Positions 39,015 through 47,928 are shown, numbered from the stretch's first letter. The stretch: DNA of 64,000 nt from an uncultured Actinomycetota bacterium (GCA_963805605.1 CAWDUX010000002.1:119672-183671), one strand, 5' to 3'. Notes: generated by a model from the sequence alone, not told the origin. A program made the numbers and translations.

Positions 39015-39990
39015 TCATGTTGTGCGGTTGTGCTCGACGTGTAGGAGTACGAGGGCTGCCGCGGTGATCCTGCCGATGTTCCAGGGGCACAGACTGACGT
39101 TGCGCAGTGCTTTGAAAGTGGTCTTGAGTAGGGAGTTTCCGCGTTCACCGATGGCGCGGACGCTGTTGTGGGCTTTGTTGAACATCTGCTGCACGTCGGT
39201 GCAGGCACCGCCGCGCGGTTTCTTGAACGCGATCGTGATCGTGCCGGCCTCGCCTTCGTAGCCGAGGTCGGCGAGTACCCGCCGGCCCTCGTCGGTCCAG
39301 GCGGCCAGCAGGGGCAGGATGTCGTGTTCACGCAGAGCGGTCGTGTCGTGTTCCCGGCCGGGCCGGACCGGCGAGGTCCACAGCGGCCACCCGTCCGGAG
39401 CGGTCACGACCTGCACGTTGCCACCATGGTTGTCATGTTTGCCCGACCACCACAGGTCCACTCCCGGTGTCGGCCCCGGCGTGCGGCACCGATCGGTCTC
39501 GATCAGGGTTCCGTCGATGTTCACATGGGCGTAGCCGGCTATCTTCGCTGCCAGCAGCACCGATTCCAGTCGCGGCGCGTGGGCGGCGAGGACCCGGATG
39601 CCCTCGTGTAGGTAGTCATAGCCGGTCGACGAACTGACCTGGTTGTCCCCAGCCAACTGCTTGATCCGAGTGCCGTCGAGGAACCAGCGGATCACCAGGA
39701 CCGCCTGCTTGAAGCAGCCCAACGCACGGGTCCCGGTACGGGTCCCGAGCCGTTGCCGTTCAGCGCGCAGGAGCCCCGACAGGAACAACACGGTCTCCTC
39801 GCGCACCGACAATGTGGCCGTGTATGTGACACTCATAGCGACGCAGGACCCCTACTGAAGTTGATCTGTGAGAGGACCACTTCATACCGGGGTTCTGCGT
39901 CTTCTCGTTGCACCACCACGAGTTCCGGCGTGTCTACACCGACCACCACGACGGCCACCCGACGTACTCACACCGTTACGCGAAAGGTTC
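38979..39990 (-). mobile_element. IS5-family insertion sequence, 1012 bp
   Basis: Imperfect TIRs GAGCCTTTCCGCGTAACGG (38979-38997) and CCGTTACGCGAAAGGTTC (39973-39990); AAT on both flanks (38976-38978, 39991-39993). Confidence 0.9.
39015..39836 (-). CDS. IS5-family (DDE_Tnp_4/HARBI1-like) transposase
   Basis: IDGTLI, SGKH..HGGNVQV, PG..HD, LADLGYEG, R..GER...LLK motifs. Confidence 0.92.
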   Translation of the reverse strand: MSVTYTATLSVREETVLFLSGLLRAERQRLGTRTGTRALGCFKQAVLVIRWFLDGTRIKQLAGDNQVSSSTGYDYLHEGIRVLAAHAPRLESVLLAAKIAGYAHVNIDGTLIETDRCRTPGPTPGVDLWWSGKHDNHGGNVQVVTAPDGWPLWTSPVRPGREHDTTALREHDILPLLAAWTDEGRRVLADLGYEGEAGTITIAFKKPRGGACTDVQQMFNKAHNSVRAIGERGNSLLKTTFKALRNVSLCPWNIGRITAAALVLLHVEHNRTT

Positions 39991-40052
39991 AATGGGCAGC
40001 TCCGTGAATGACTTGGAGACGCCGCTTGCCCCGGATCAGGAACGGTACGGAT

Positions 40053-40292
40053 ATGGAATCGGACCTGCCCACAGTGAACGTGTGCCTGTGGAGAGCGGAC
40101 GCCATCGTCCTCTTCGACTGGCTCAACAGCATCGACCTGAACACCGTCCCGGTCACCCATCCTGCGCAGAAGCAGGCGCTCGCCGACCTGGCCTCACGGT
40201 TCGAGTGGGCAACTGATGTCGACCTCACCGAGGTCAGCGCCGAGGAAATCTCTCAGGCGCAGTCAGAGGTGGCACGCGGCATAGGCTGGTGA
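40053..40292 (+). CDS. Small acidic hypothetical protein
   Basis: 79-aa ORF with plausible codon usage. Confidence 0.6.
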   Translation: MESDLPTVNVCLWRADAIVLFDWLNSIDLNTVPVTHPAQKQALADLASRFEWATDVDLTEVSAEEISQAQSEVARGIGW

Positions 40293-40326
40293 GATCCCGG
40301 ACTGCAGCTGCGTACGGCGTGACTGC

Positions 40327-40907
40327 ATGGTGGTCGCAGCGGATACTGGCGCGGTGGCGAAGGACGAGGCGTTGCGACGATTGCGGACCGCTGCTGCCCT
40401 GTGTGCCATCGGGGATGCGCATGACGGAGCGGCTGTGGATGCCGCCTGTGCCGCTCTGATGGCGGGGTACGACGATCCCCAGCCGCGCATACGTGCTGGC
40501 GAGGCGCGCTCCCTCACCGTCAGCGAGTTGAATGACCTTCTGCCCGCGGCCTTGGCCGAGGTCGGACTCAGCTGCTACCCGGCGGGAAGCGATGCAGCAG
40601 CCGTGGCGCCGTCCAGGCCATGGCCGCAATGACGGTACGGGGCGAAATGAGCCCGGCAGCTCTGGCCTCCTGGGCGCATACCTGGATCGGCCACGACGGG
40701 CCGGAGCTGGCGCAAGAGCTTGTCGACCTGGACGACGTACACGACTCGTTGGAGCACTGCTCGATGACTGAGACCGACTTCCAGACCGCGGTACTCGTAG
40801 CGGCGCGACGTGTCGAGGTCGCCCCGGAGCCGTCATGCAGTGACGGCCAGTGGCCCGGACTGCGAGCTGTGCGCGCATTCGCGCAATCCGAGCTCGGTCG
40901 GCGGTGA
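40327..40907 (+). pseudogene. Hypothetical helical (immunity-like) protein split by a -1 frameshift near 40605
   Basis: DAAAVA joins AVQAMAAMTVRGEMSP if one base is added, giving 194 codons. Confidence 0.55.
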
Positions 40908-40952
40908 GGCGCAGCTGGCCAGCGCGCCAATGCACGACACCTGACGGGAGGC

Positions 40953-41660
40953 ATGGTCGAAGTGCGGAAGAGGTTACGGGAGCTACATGTCGCTGGCCGG
41001 AGCTTTGTCTGGAAGGCTGAGATCCTCCATGTGCCAGCCGAAGGCGACTGCCATCGGTGTATCCGGGTGCGGGTATGGGGAAGCGGAAAGAACAGTCAGG
41101 CGCTGCAGGCTGACCTGTTGTCGACGAGTTGGGACTCGCACTGGGGTGCGTGCGCAACCGATGGCACCTACCCCTCGTCGGGCGATGTGCGGGCGCTCAT
41201 CGTGTACGCCGTTGCCCATGGTTGGGAGCCTGATCGTGTGGGCGGCACATTCCTGCTGAGCGAGCGCGACCACGCTTTCGAGTTGGCCAACTTCCTGATC
41301 ACCGACCGCCTCCACGACCCCACGGCGCCGGATCCCACCGCGCGCGTCCAACGTCGGTTTGTTGCGCGGATGCGGCTCCGGGTGGATGCGGAGTGCGTCT
41401 ATGCCGACGACCAGTACTGGGGTCGTCGGGAGATGCCGCGCGATCAGGTCGTGCGCATCGTCGTGGGTGGTTCCGTGTGGCGCGTCGAAGCCCGGGACGG
41501 TTCGATTCTGCGTCTGGTCACGCCACAGGAAAGTGCCCCAGCCGGTAAGGAAACCGATGCTGACCGCAGCATTCACGAAGCTGGGTCGCTGCCTGCTTCC
41601 GGCGATCCATTCAATGGCTGTAACCGCGGCAAAGACCAGCAAGATCCCCACGAAGCCTAG
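40953..41660 (+). CDS. Hypothetical protein, possibly chimeric after ~41360
   Basis: GGGAGG RBS; first ~135 aa look like a coherent domain; the tail overlaps a minus-strand hydrophobic ORF (41720 downward). Confidence 0.5.
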   Translation: MVEVRKRLRELHVAGRSFVWKAEILHVPAEGDCHRCIRVRVWGSGKNSQALQADLLSTSWDSHWGACATDGTYPSSGDVRALIVYAVAHGWEPDRVGGTFLLSERDHAFELANFLITDRLHDPTAPDPTARVQRRFVARMRLRVDAECVYADDQYWGRREMPRDQVVRIVVGGSVWRVEARDGSILRLVTPQESAPAGKETDADRSIHEAGSLPASGDPFNGCNRGKDQQDPHEA

Positions 41661-41787
41661 AGCGCCGTACTGACGAAGAGTCGGTGGCGTCACACGAACC
41701 CAAGTAGACACGGAGATCACGATGGTATGAGATGCGCGCTCACAACAGGTCAGCCAGGACTCTGCCGGTTCACGTGGCCTCCGCTAC

Positions 41788-42285
41788 CTATGGTTGCAGA
41801 CATCCGAGACCTAGCCGCTCGGCGAACTGGGTGAAGGTCGGCGTGACGATGCGCCTAGCGCATTGCCGTGGGTTGGTCCAGAAGTCGCTGGCCACGACCC
41901 GGGGGTCGGTCGGGCTCGTGCGGTAGTCCAGCGCAACCGCGACGTCATCGCCTGGGTCGCGATTGACTGCGATGAGGAGAGCCTGCTCGATGTCCAACCA
42001 CGGCAGCTCGACAGGATGCGTGACACGGCTGCCGCGGACTTCACGGAAGAAGCGTGCTGAGGGTGCGTCATCGGCGACCATCTCCAGTGGGGTGCTCGCG
42101 TCACGGATCTGGTCCAGGCCGGACAAGAAGATGAGCGGATCTTCAAACCAGGGCATGACTACATGTAGCGCACTGTCATCCGGTTTACGCCAGAGACCCG
42201 CCCGCAGCTGGTGAACCAGGAGTTCGGGCAGCCGCAGACCTCGGACGGTCCAGTCCTGGCGGTCATGGTCCTGGCCGCCGGCCAT
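41788..42285 (-). CDS. SMI1/KNR4-like putative immunity protein
   Basis: LRLPELL N-terminus; VALDYRTSPTDPRVV; TFTQFAERLGL C-terminus. Confidence 0.55.
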   Translation of the reverse strand: MAGGQDHDRQDWTVRGLRLPELLVHQLRAGLWRKPDDSALHVVMPWFEDPLIFLSGLDQIRDASTPLEMVADDAPSARFFREVRGSRVTHPVELPWLDIEQALLIAVNRDPGDDVAVALDYRTSPTDPRVVASDFWTNPRQCARRIVTPTFTQFAERLGLGCLQP

Positions 42286-42385
42286 GTGTCCTCGTTCTTC
42301 CATGCTGCGCATGGTGCCCGAGCCTCTCTCATCGGTTAAGCAGGATCCCACCTGCCTTTTCGCTTACTGCGGACCCATCCGATAC

Positions 42386-42457
42386 AAGATCAACTAAGTC
42401 GTCATCGCGAAGGAGGCCAGATCGGGGAGTGTCCTGACCTGGCCTTGTGGTGTGGAG
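42386..42457. repeat. Degenerate copy of the tRNA-Gly 3' end plus downstream hairpin (att-like scar)
   Basis: Shares exact AAGATCAACTAAG, the hairpin and terminal TGTGGAG with 43297-43371. Confidence 0.75.
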
Positions 42458-42505
42458 GGCACACCGTAATGGCCGCTAATGGCCTAACAGGCCTAGCATC
42501 TCGAT

Positions 42506-42838
42506 ATGCGGATGCCGTGGCAATGGTCGCCATCCGACGACCCGGTGCGTGACCTGCTCGATGCGTTGGACGAGCTGGTGGAGCTGCTTCGTACGCACGA
42601 TGAGAGGCACTGGGCGGACTGGATGGAGACCGCCCGCCGCGACTTGGCCACGGGTGATCTGGCAGCGGCGAGGCATGTGCAGGCCGCCTTCGGAGGGATG
42701 GGCAGCATCAACGACGTGACCTGGATGCCCAACGAGGGAGAGTCACCGCACGAGGTCTACCTGCTCTTCGAGGTCATTTCCCGGCGGGTGGCTGGATGTG
42801 CTGGGAGGGTGTCCGCGGCTACAGGCCCACAGCGTTAG
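42506..42838 (+). CDS. DUF6966-like small helical protein (immunity-like)
   Basis: L.ELVELLR..DERHWADW and AFGGMGSINDV motifs. Confidence 0.6.
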   Translation: MRMPWQWSPSDDPVRDLLDALDELVELLRTHDERHWADWMETARRDLATGDLAAARHVQAAFGGMGSINDVTWMPNEGESPHEVYLLFEVISRRVAGCAGRVSAATGPQR

Positions 42839-42908
42839 CTCTTCCCGCCCATCTCAGAGCAGGAGGCCCCCGCTGGAGGCATGTCGGTGCCGGCTGGCAA
42901 CGGGGCCA

Positions 42909-43229
42909 CTATCGGTGAGGAAAAACGCCGAGTCGTACGTGGCCGCGTCCATCGTGCCGGGCATCGAGTTCGAGTTCGTCGTAGAGCGACCGCCAACCTC
43001 GGGCCCCCTCCCACCCACGCCAGTCAGCCGCTAAGGACGTGGCGAACTCAGGAAGAGACCCTTCACTGCTGAACCGGGCATGGACCGCAGCGTTGGTGGA
43101 CGCGCGCATCGTGTCGTCGTCCAGCTCCGTTGCCGCGAAGTAGATGTCTCCGCCGCCGTCGGGGTCGGCGAGAGGGTGGATGGTCCAGCGGGGGCCACCA
43201 GTGGCGCGCAGGACGAACGACTCGGTCAT
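42909..43229 (-). CDS. DUF6228-like protein, possibly C-terminally truncated
   Basis: F..LAADWRGWEGARGWRSL..EL.L.ARHDGRGHVRL pattern. Confidence 0.6.
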   Translation of the reverse strand: MTESFVLRATGGPRWTIHPLADPDGGGDIYFAATELDDDTMRASTNAAVHARFSSEGSLPEFATSLAADWRGWEGARGWRSLYDELELDARHDGRGHVRLGVFPHR

Positions 43230-43323
43230 GGCAGTGACCGTATTCGGCAACGCCGAACAAGCCCTGCCCATGGCGCCTGCAAGGTAGTGGCCCACGAAGA
43301 TCAACTAAGGCGGTGCTCATGAG

Positions 43324-43361
43324 AAAGCCCAGGTCGGGGAAATGCCCCTGACCTGGGCTTT
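43324..43361 (-). terminator. Hairpin downstream of tRNA-Gly
   Basis: AAAGCCCAGGTC...GACCTGGGCTTT stem with T-tract on the minus strand. Confidence 0.75.
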
Positions 43362-43366
43362 CGTTG

Positions 43367-43440
43367 TGGAGCGGGTGACGGGAATCGAACCCGCACCATC
43401 AGCTTGGAAGGCTGAGGCTCTACCATTGAGCTACACCCGC
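43367..43440 (-). tRNA. tRNA-Gly (TCC)
   Basis: Reverse complement GCGGGTGTAGCTCAATGGTAGAGC...TTCCAAG...GGTTCGATTCC...CCGCTCCA folds as a cloverleaf with encoded CCA. Confidence 0.97.
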
Positions 43441-43549
43441 GGAGCGTCGTACGACGTCGCACTGTCAGGGTACATAGTACGGGCGTGAGACTCGCGGTGA
43501 TATCGGGTAGGGCTGCGCGAACAGCACCCCGTACACTGACGGTCGCGTA

Positions 43550-43626
43550 CGGGGTGTAGCGCAGCTTGGTAGCGCACTCGCTTTGGGAGCGAGGGGCCGT
43601 GGGTTCAAATCCCGCCACCCCGACCA
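43550..43626 (+). tRNA. tRNA-Pro (TGG)
   Basis: CGGGGTGTAGCGCAGCTTGGTAGC...CTCGC TTTGGGA GCGAG...GGTTCAAATCC...CCCCGACCA. Confidence 0.97.
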
Positions 43627-43694
43627 GTGTTTTCGCAGGTCAGAAGGCTTGATCGCAGGCGATCGGGCCCTCTGACCGTCTCCCCGGGACAGCA

Positions 43695-44741
43695 TCAGCG
43701 GGCGTAGTCGGTGCGTACGCCCAGCAGCCGTACCGGCCGGTGCTCGGTGAACTTCTCCAGCGCGGCGAGCGCGGCCTGCGCGATCGGGGGCGCCATCCGG
43801 GTCGGCGGGTCCAACGGTTGGCCGTGGGTACGGGTGACGAACGGGGCGTAGCGCACCTTCACCACCACCCGCGCCACCGTCCGCGGCGGCTCGTCCGGCC
43901 CGGTGGGCGGATCGTCGGCCAGGTCGTCGGCGACCCGGTGCGCCAGCGCCACCACCTCCTGCCGCACCTGCGACCAGTCGGTGAGGTCCTGCTGGAAGGT
44001 CGTCTCCCGGCTGCGCGAACGGGCCACGTACGGCTCGGTGGACACCGGCGAGTCGTAGCCGCCGCGGGCCAGGCCCACCAGCCACGGTCCGGTCGCCGGT
44101 CCCAGCTCGGCGGCCAGCTGCGCGGGATCGGCGTCGGCGAGCTGTCGTACCGTCTCGATGCCCAGGCCGCTGAGCCGTTTCGCGGTACGCCCGCCGATGC
44201 CCCACAGCGCGTCGGTCGGCCGGTCGCCGAGCACGTCGTACCAGGTCTCATCGGTCAGCCGGAACACCCCGGCCGGCTTGCCGAACCCGGTGGCCAGCTT
44301 GGCCTGCAGCTTGTTGCCGCCGATACCGACGGTGCAGTCCAGTCGGGTCGCTTCGCGTACCCGCCGCTGGATGCCGCGTGCCACCGCCTCCGGCTCGTCG
44401 TCCTCGACCGCGACGAACGCCTCGTCCCAGCCGAGCATCTCGACGACCCCGCCGCCCTCGCGCAGGGTGGCCATCACGGTCTTCGACGCCGCCTCGTACG
44501 CCTCGCGGTCCACCGGCAGGAACACCGCCTCCGGGCAGCGTCGCCGGGCCACCCGCAGCGGTAGCCCGGAGTGCACGCCGTATTCGCGGGCCTCGTACGA
44601 CGCGGTGCTGACCACACCCCGCTTGTCCGGATCACCGTCGCCGCCGACCACCACCGGCCGCCCACGCAGCTCGGGCCGGCGCAGCAGCTCGATCGCCGCG
44701 ACGAACTGGTCCATGTCGACGTGGAGTACCCAGCGGGTCAC
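43695..44741 (-). CDS. dinB: DNA polymerase IV (Y-family)
   Basis: LHVDMDQF, STASYEAREYGVHSGLP, GWDEAF, KLQAKLA..KPAG, VRLLGV. Confidence 0.92.
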   Translation of the reverse strand: MTRWVLHVDMDQFVAAIELLRRPELRGRPVVVGGDGDPDKRGVVSTASYEAREYGVHSGLPLRVARRRCPEAVFLPVDREAYEAASKTVMATLREGGGVVEMLGWDEAFVAVEDDEPEAVARGIQRRVREATRLDCTVGIGGNKLQAKLATGFGKPAGVFRLTDETWYDVLGDRPTDALWGIGGRTAKRLSGLGIETVRQLADADPAQLAAELGPATGPWLVGLARGGYDSPVSTEPYVARSRSRETTFQQDLTDWSQVRQEVVALAHRVADDLADDPPTGPDEPPRTVARVVVKVRYAPFVTRTHGQPLDPPTRMAPPIAQAALAALEKFTEHRPVRLLGVRTDYAR

Positions 44742-44803
44742 GGCCCATTCTCGCCCGGATCGGGCCGGACGGGGGACAGGTCCGGCCCGATCCGGGCGCA
44801 GAG

Positions 44804-45223
44804 TCAGCCCGTCGCAGCCTTCAGCTGGCCGAACCGGATCCGGTTGCCGAACGGGTCGCGCAGCCCGCAGTCGATCCCGTACGGCCGCTCGGTTGGCTTC
44901 TCGGTGAACTCCACGCCGCGACCGAGCAGCGTCTCGTAGGTTTTCTGGCAGTCGTCGGTGGTGAAGATGAGCCAGCCACCACCGGCGCCCTTCGTCAGCA
45001 GCTCACGTACCTGCTCGGCGGTGGCTTCGTCGAGGGCCGGTGGCCCGGGCTTCTCCAGCAGGATCTCGCGGTCCGGGTGCCCCGGCAGGCATACCGTCAG
45101 CCAGCGCATGAACCCGAGGTCGGCGTCGGTGTGCACCTCCAGCCCGAGTTTGCCCACGTAGAAGTCGAGTGCCTGGTCCTGGTCGAGGACGTAGATCTGT
45201 GACTGCGTCAGTGCGGTGAACAT
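44804..45223 (-). CDS. VOC/glyoxalase family protein
   Basis: IYVLDQDQALDFYVGKLG, RWLTV, GVEF, RPYGIDCGLRDPFGN. Confidence 0.9.
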   Translation of the reverse strand: MFTALTQSQIYVLDQDQALDFYVGKLGLEVHTDADLGFMRWLTVCLPGHPDREILLEKPGPPALDEATAEQVRELLTKGAGGGWLIFTTDDCQKTYETLLGRGVEFTEKPTERPYGIDCGLRDPFGNRIRFGQLKAATG

Positions 45224-45237
45224 GCCGATGACGCTAG

Positions 45238-45762
45238 TCAGACCAGGACTGCGGGCGCTTCTCCGAAACTGCTCACTGCACGATCCGGTGACATCGGGTC
45301 GTGCGGCACCGGATCGTGCGGCGCGGGTTCCCCGGGCGCCGGAGCCCGTCGTACGGCGCTGGAGGCGCCGGCGCCGCTGGGTCGCAGCCAGGCCATGGCG
45401 AAGCAGCTGGGTACCGCCACCGGCCCGGTCCTTTTCCGGTACGAGCTGGGCGATTCGCCGACGATCGCGTGGAAGGTCCGACTGAACGTGCCGAGGCTGG
45501 AGAAGCCGATCTCCAGACAGATGTCGGTCACGCTGCGGTCGGATTCGCGCAGCAGGAACATGGACCGCTCGACCCGCCGGCGCTGCAGGTATCGGTGCGG
45601 TGTCTCGCCGAACGTGGCCCGGAACGTACGGATGAAGTGGGCCGGGGACACGTGCGCGACGCGGGCCAGCGCGGGGATGTCCAGCGGTTCGGCGTAGGCG
45701 CCGTCCATCATGTCGCGGGCACGCAGCATGCGGCGGTTGCTGTCCTCCACGGCCCTGCTCAC
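45238..45762 (-). CDS. AraC-family HTH regulator
   Basis: LARVAHVSPAHFIRTFRATFGETPHRYL, VTDICLEIGFSSLGTFSRTF; adjacent to the VOC gene. Confidence 0.92.
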   Translation of the reverse strand: MSRAVEDSNRRMLRARDMMDGAYAEPLDIPALARVAHVSPAHFIRTFRATFGETPHRYLQRRRVERSMFLLRESDRSVTDICLEIGFSSLGTFSRTFHAIVGESPSSYRKRTGPVAVPSCFAMAWLRPSGAGASSAVRRAPAPGEPAPHDPVPHDPMSPDRAVSSFGEAPAVLV

Positions 45763-46000
45763 CCCGTGATTCCACCACACGGCAGGCGAGATACGCCGAC
45801 CGTCCGCAGTGGCCCACATCGATACGCTACGTGACTCGGGTCACGGTGCGAATGCAGGAGAACATGATTACGTAGAGTAGCAACACTGCTGTGGTGGTCG
45901 TCCGAATGGTCGATAGCGTGGACCGGCCGGTCGGTGTTGCAGGCGCGGATCTCGAGCAAGAATCAGTGCTGGCCGTCGACCCCAAGGTGGATGGATTACT

Positions 46001-46258
46001 GTGAGTGAGATTGCTTGGCGAGCAGCGCGCGACTTCGCCCGTAAGCTTCGTGACCCTGAGTTCAGATCCTTCGCCGCAAGTGCCGGTTACCGACCAGGCA
46101 ATGAGCTCGTCCTGGCGTTGGAACACGAGCCGGTCAGATCCGTACTGGACCGCCTCCAGCAGCAGTCCACCGGTGCACCGGTCACCCTGGTGGTATACCG
46201 CCCGGACACCCGTCGCGGTTTCAGCTTCGTCGCTCTCGGTGAGTCGCAGGCGGCCTGA
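46001..46258 (+). CDS. Small hypothetical protein
   Basis: 85-aa ORF in a lower-GC patch; GTGA overlap with a short upstream frame. Confidence 0.45.
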   Translation: MSEIAWRAARDFARKLRDPEFRSFAASAGYRPGNELVLALEHEPVRSVLDRLQQQSTGAPVTLVVYRPDTRRGFSFVALGESQAA

Positions 46259-46470
46259 GTACGCCGTGGCATCGCGAGCCGACGCTGGTTCTTGCCCCCG
46301 GTAGGCTGGTGGTGGCTGCTGTCGCGCGTGCGTTGCGGGTACCCGGACACATGCCCGGCTCTTCGCGTTGCCCGCGGCTCGCCTAGACTCGGTCGGTCAG
46401 CCTCCGGCGCGGGCCGTGTTCGAGCCGTCAGCCGAGAACCGAAACCCATCACCTGCTGAGGAGTACCCCT

Positions 46471-47880
46471 GTGAAGAGCGCCGTCGAGACGTTGAGCCCT
46501 ACCCGGGTGAAGGTGTCGGTCGAGGTGCCCTTCTCCGAGCTCGAGCCGAGCGTGAAGAAGGCGTACCGGACCATCGCCCAGCAGGTGAACGTCCCGGGCT
46601 TCCGGCCCGGGAAGGTGCCGATGCGGTTGATCGACCAGAAGGTCGGTCGCGCCACCGTGCTGCAGGAGGCCGTGCAGGAGGCGCTGCCGGAGCAGTACAT
46701 GGCGGCCGTGCGGGAACACGACATCAAGGCCATCGGCCGCCCCGAGGTCGAGGTCACCGAGCTGGCCGACGGTGAGAAGGTCACCTTCACCGCCGAGGTC
46801 GACGTCCGGCCCGAGATCACCCTGCCCGACCTGGACAGCCTCACGGCCACTGTGGACGAACTGTCCATCGATGACGAGGACGTCGAGGAGCAGGTCTCCG
46901 CGCTGCGTGACCGGTTCGCCACACTCAAGGGCGTCGAGCGGGCCGCTCAGACCGGTGACTTCGTCCAGGTCGACCTGGCCGCCACCGTCAACGGCGAAGA
47001 GGTCGAAGGCGGCACCGCCAACGGCATGTCGTACGAGGTCGGCAGCAAGCAGCTGCTGGAGGGCATCGACGACGCGCTGGTCGGCATGAGCGCCGACGAG
47101 ACCGGCACGTTCACCAGCAAGCTGGTCGGTGGCCCGCACGCCGGCCAGGAGGCCGAGATCACGGTCACCGTCCGCAGCGTCCGGGAGAAGGAACTGCCGG
47201 AGCTCGACGACGAGTTCGCCCAGCTGGCCAGCGAGTTCGACACGCTGGACGAGCTGCGCGCGGACGTCCGCGGCCGGGTGGAGCGCAGCAAGAAGCTGGA
47301 GCAGGCGTACCAGGCGCGGGACAAGGCGCTGGAGTCCCTGCTGGCGGCCACCGAGGTGCCGGTCCCCGAGGGCGTGGTGTCCGAGGAGGTCGACTACCGC
47401 AAGGAGTCGATGGGCGAGCAGCTGGAGCAGATGGGCAGCAACCTGGAGCAGTACCTGGCCGCCGAGGACAAGTCCGCCGAGGACTTCGACAACGAGCTGC
47501 GTACCAATGCCCAGGAGGCGGTCAAGACGCAGCTGGTGCTCGACACGCTGGCCGACGCCGAGGAGATCGGGGTCAACGACCAGGAGCTGACCGAGGAGGT
47601 CGTCCGCCGGGCGCAATCCTCCGGCCAGCCGCCGCAGCAGTTCGCCGACCAGCTGGTGCGTTCCGGCCAGCTCGGCGCGGTCGTCTCCGACGTACGCCGC
47701 GGCAAGGCGCTGTCGTTGCTGCTGGAGCACGCGACGATCACCGACACTGCGGGCAACACCGTCGACCTGGCCGCCGTACTGAACCCGGCAGGCGAGCCGG
47801 CCGATGAGTCTTCGGACGAGCCCGACACGGCCGACGAGAACGCTGCCGAGACGCCCACGACGGCATCCACCGAGTCCTGA
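46471..47880 (+). CDS. tig: Trigger factor
   Basis: VPGFRPGKVP ribosome-binding motif, FKBP-like middle domain, synteny with clpP. Confidence 0.97.
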   Translation: MKSAVETLSPTRVKVSVEVPFSELEPSVKKAYRTIAQQVNVPGFRPGKVPMRLIDQKVGRATVLQEAVQEALPEQYMAAVREHDIKAIGRPEVEVTELADGEKVTFTAEVDVRPEITLPDLDSLTATVDELSIDDEDVEEQVSALRDRFATLKGVERAAQTGDFVQVDLAATVNGEEVEGGTANGMSYEVGSKQLLEGIDDALVGMSADETGTFTSKLVGGPHAGQEAEITVTVRSVREKELPELDDEFAQLASEFDTLDELRADVRGRVERSKKLEQAYQARDKALESLLAATEVPVPEGVVSEEVDYRKESMGEQLEQMGSNLEQYLAAEDKSAEDFDNELRTNAQEAVKTQLVLDTLADAEEIGVNDQELTEEVVRRAQSSGQPPQQFADQLVRSGQLGAVVSDVRRGKALSLLLEHATITDTAGNTVDLAAVLNPAGEPADESSDEPDTADENAAETPTTASTES

Positions 47881-47896
47881 GCACCGCACTACGCCT

Positions 47897-47928
47897 CCGG
47901 CCCGCATCCCGCCCGGGATGTGGGCCGG
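47897..47928 (+). terminator. Hairpin after tig
   Basis: CCGGCCCGCATCCC/GGGATGTGGGCCGG stem. Confidence 0.6.

Noticed and set aside
41738-41755. Inverted partial match (CACAACAGGTCAG) to the tRNA-Gly att-like repeat
   Set aside because: Too short and lacks the hairpin partner and the 13-mer; may be chance
42840-43050. Plus-strand fragment (KNAESYVAASIVPGIEFEFVVE) as an integrase remnant
   Set aside because: No recognisable recombinase motif, and it overlaps the DUF6228-like gene
34240-43300. Classical integron
   Set aside because: No integron integrase, mixed gene orientation, and no recurring attC-like site between most genes
43695-44741. dinB as mobile-element cargo
   Set aside because: Native-looking codon usage and no flanking repeats
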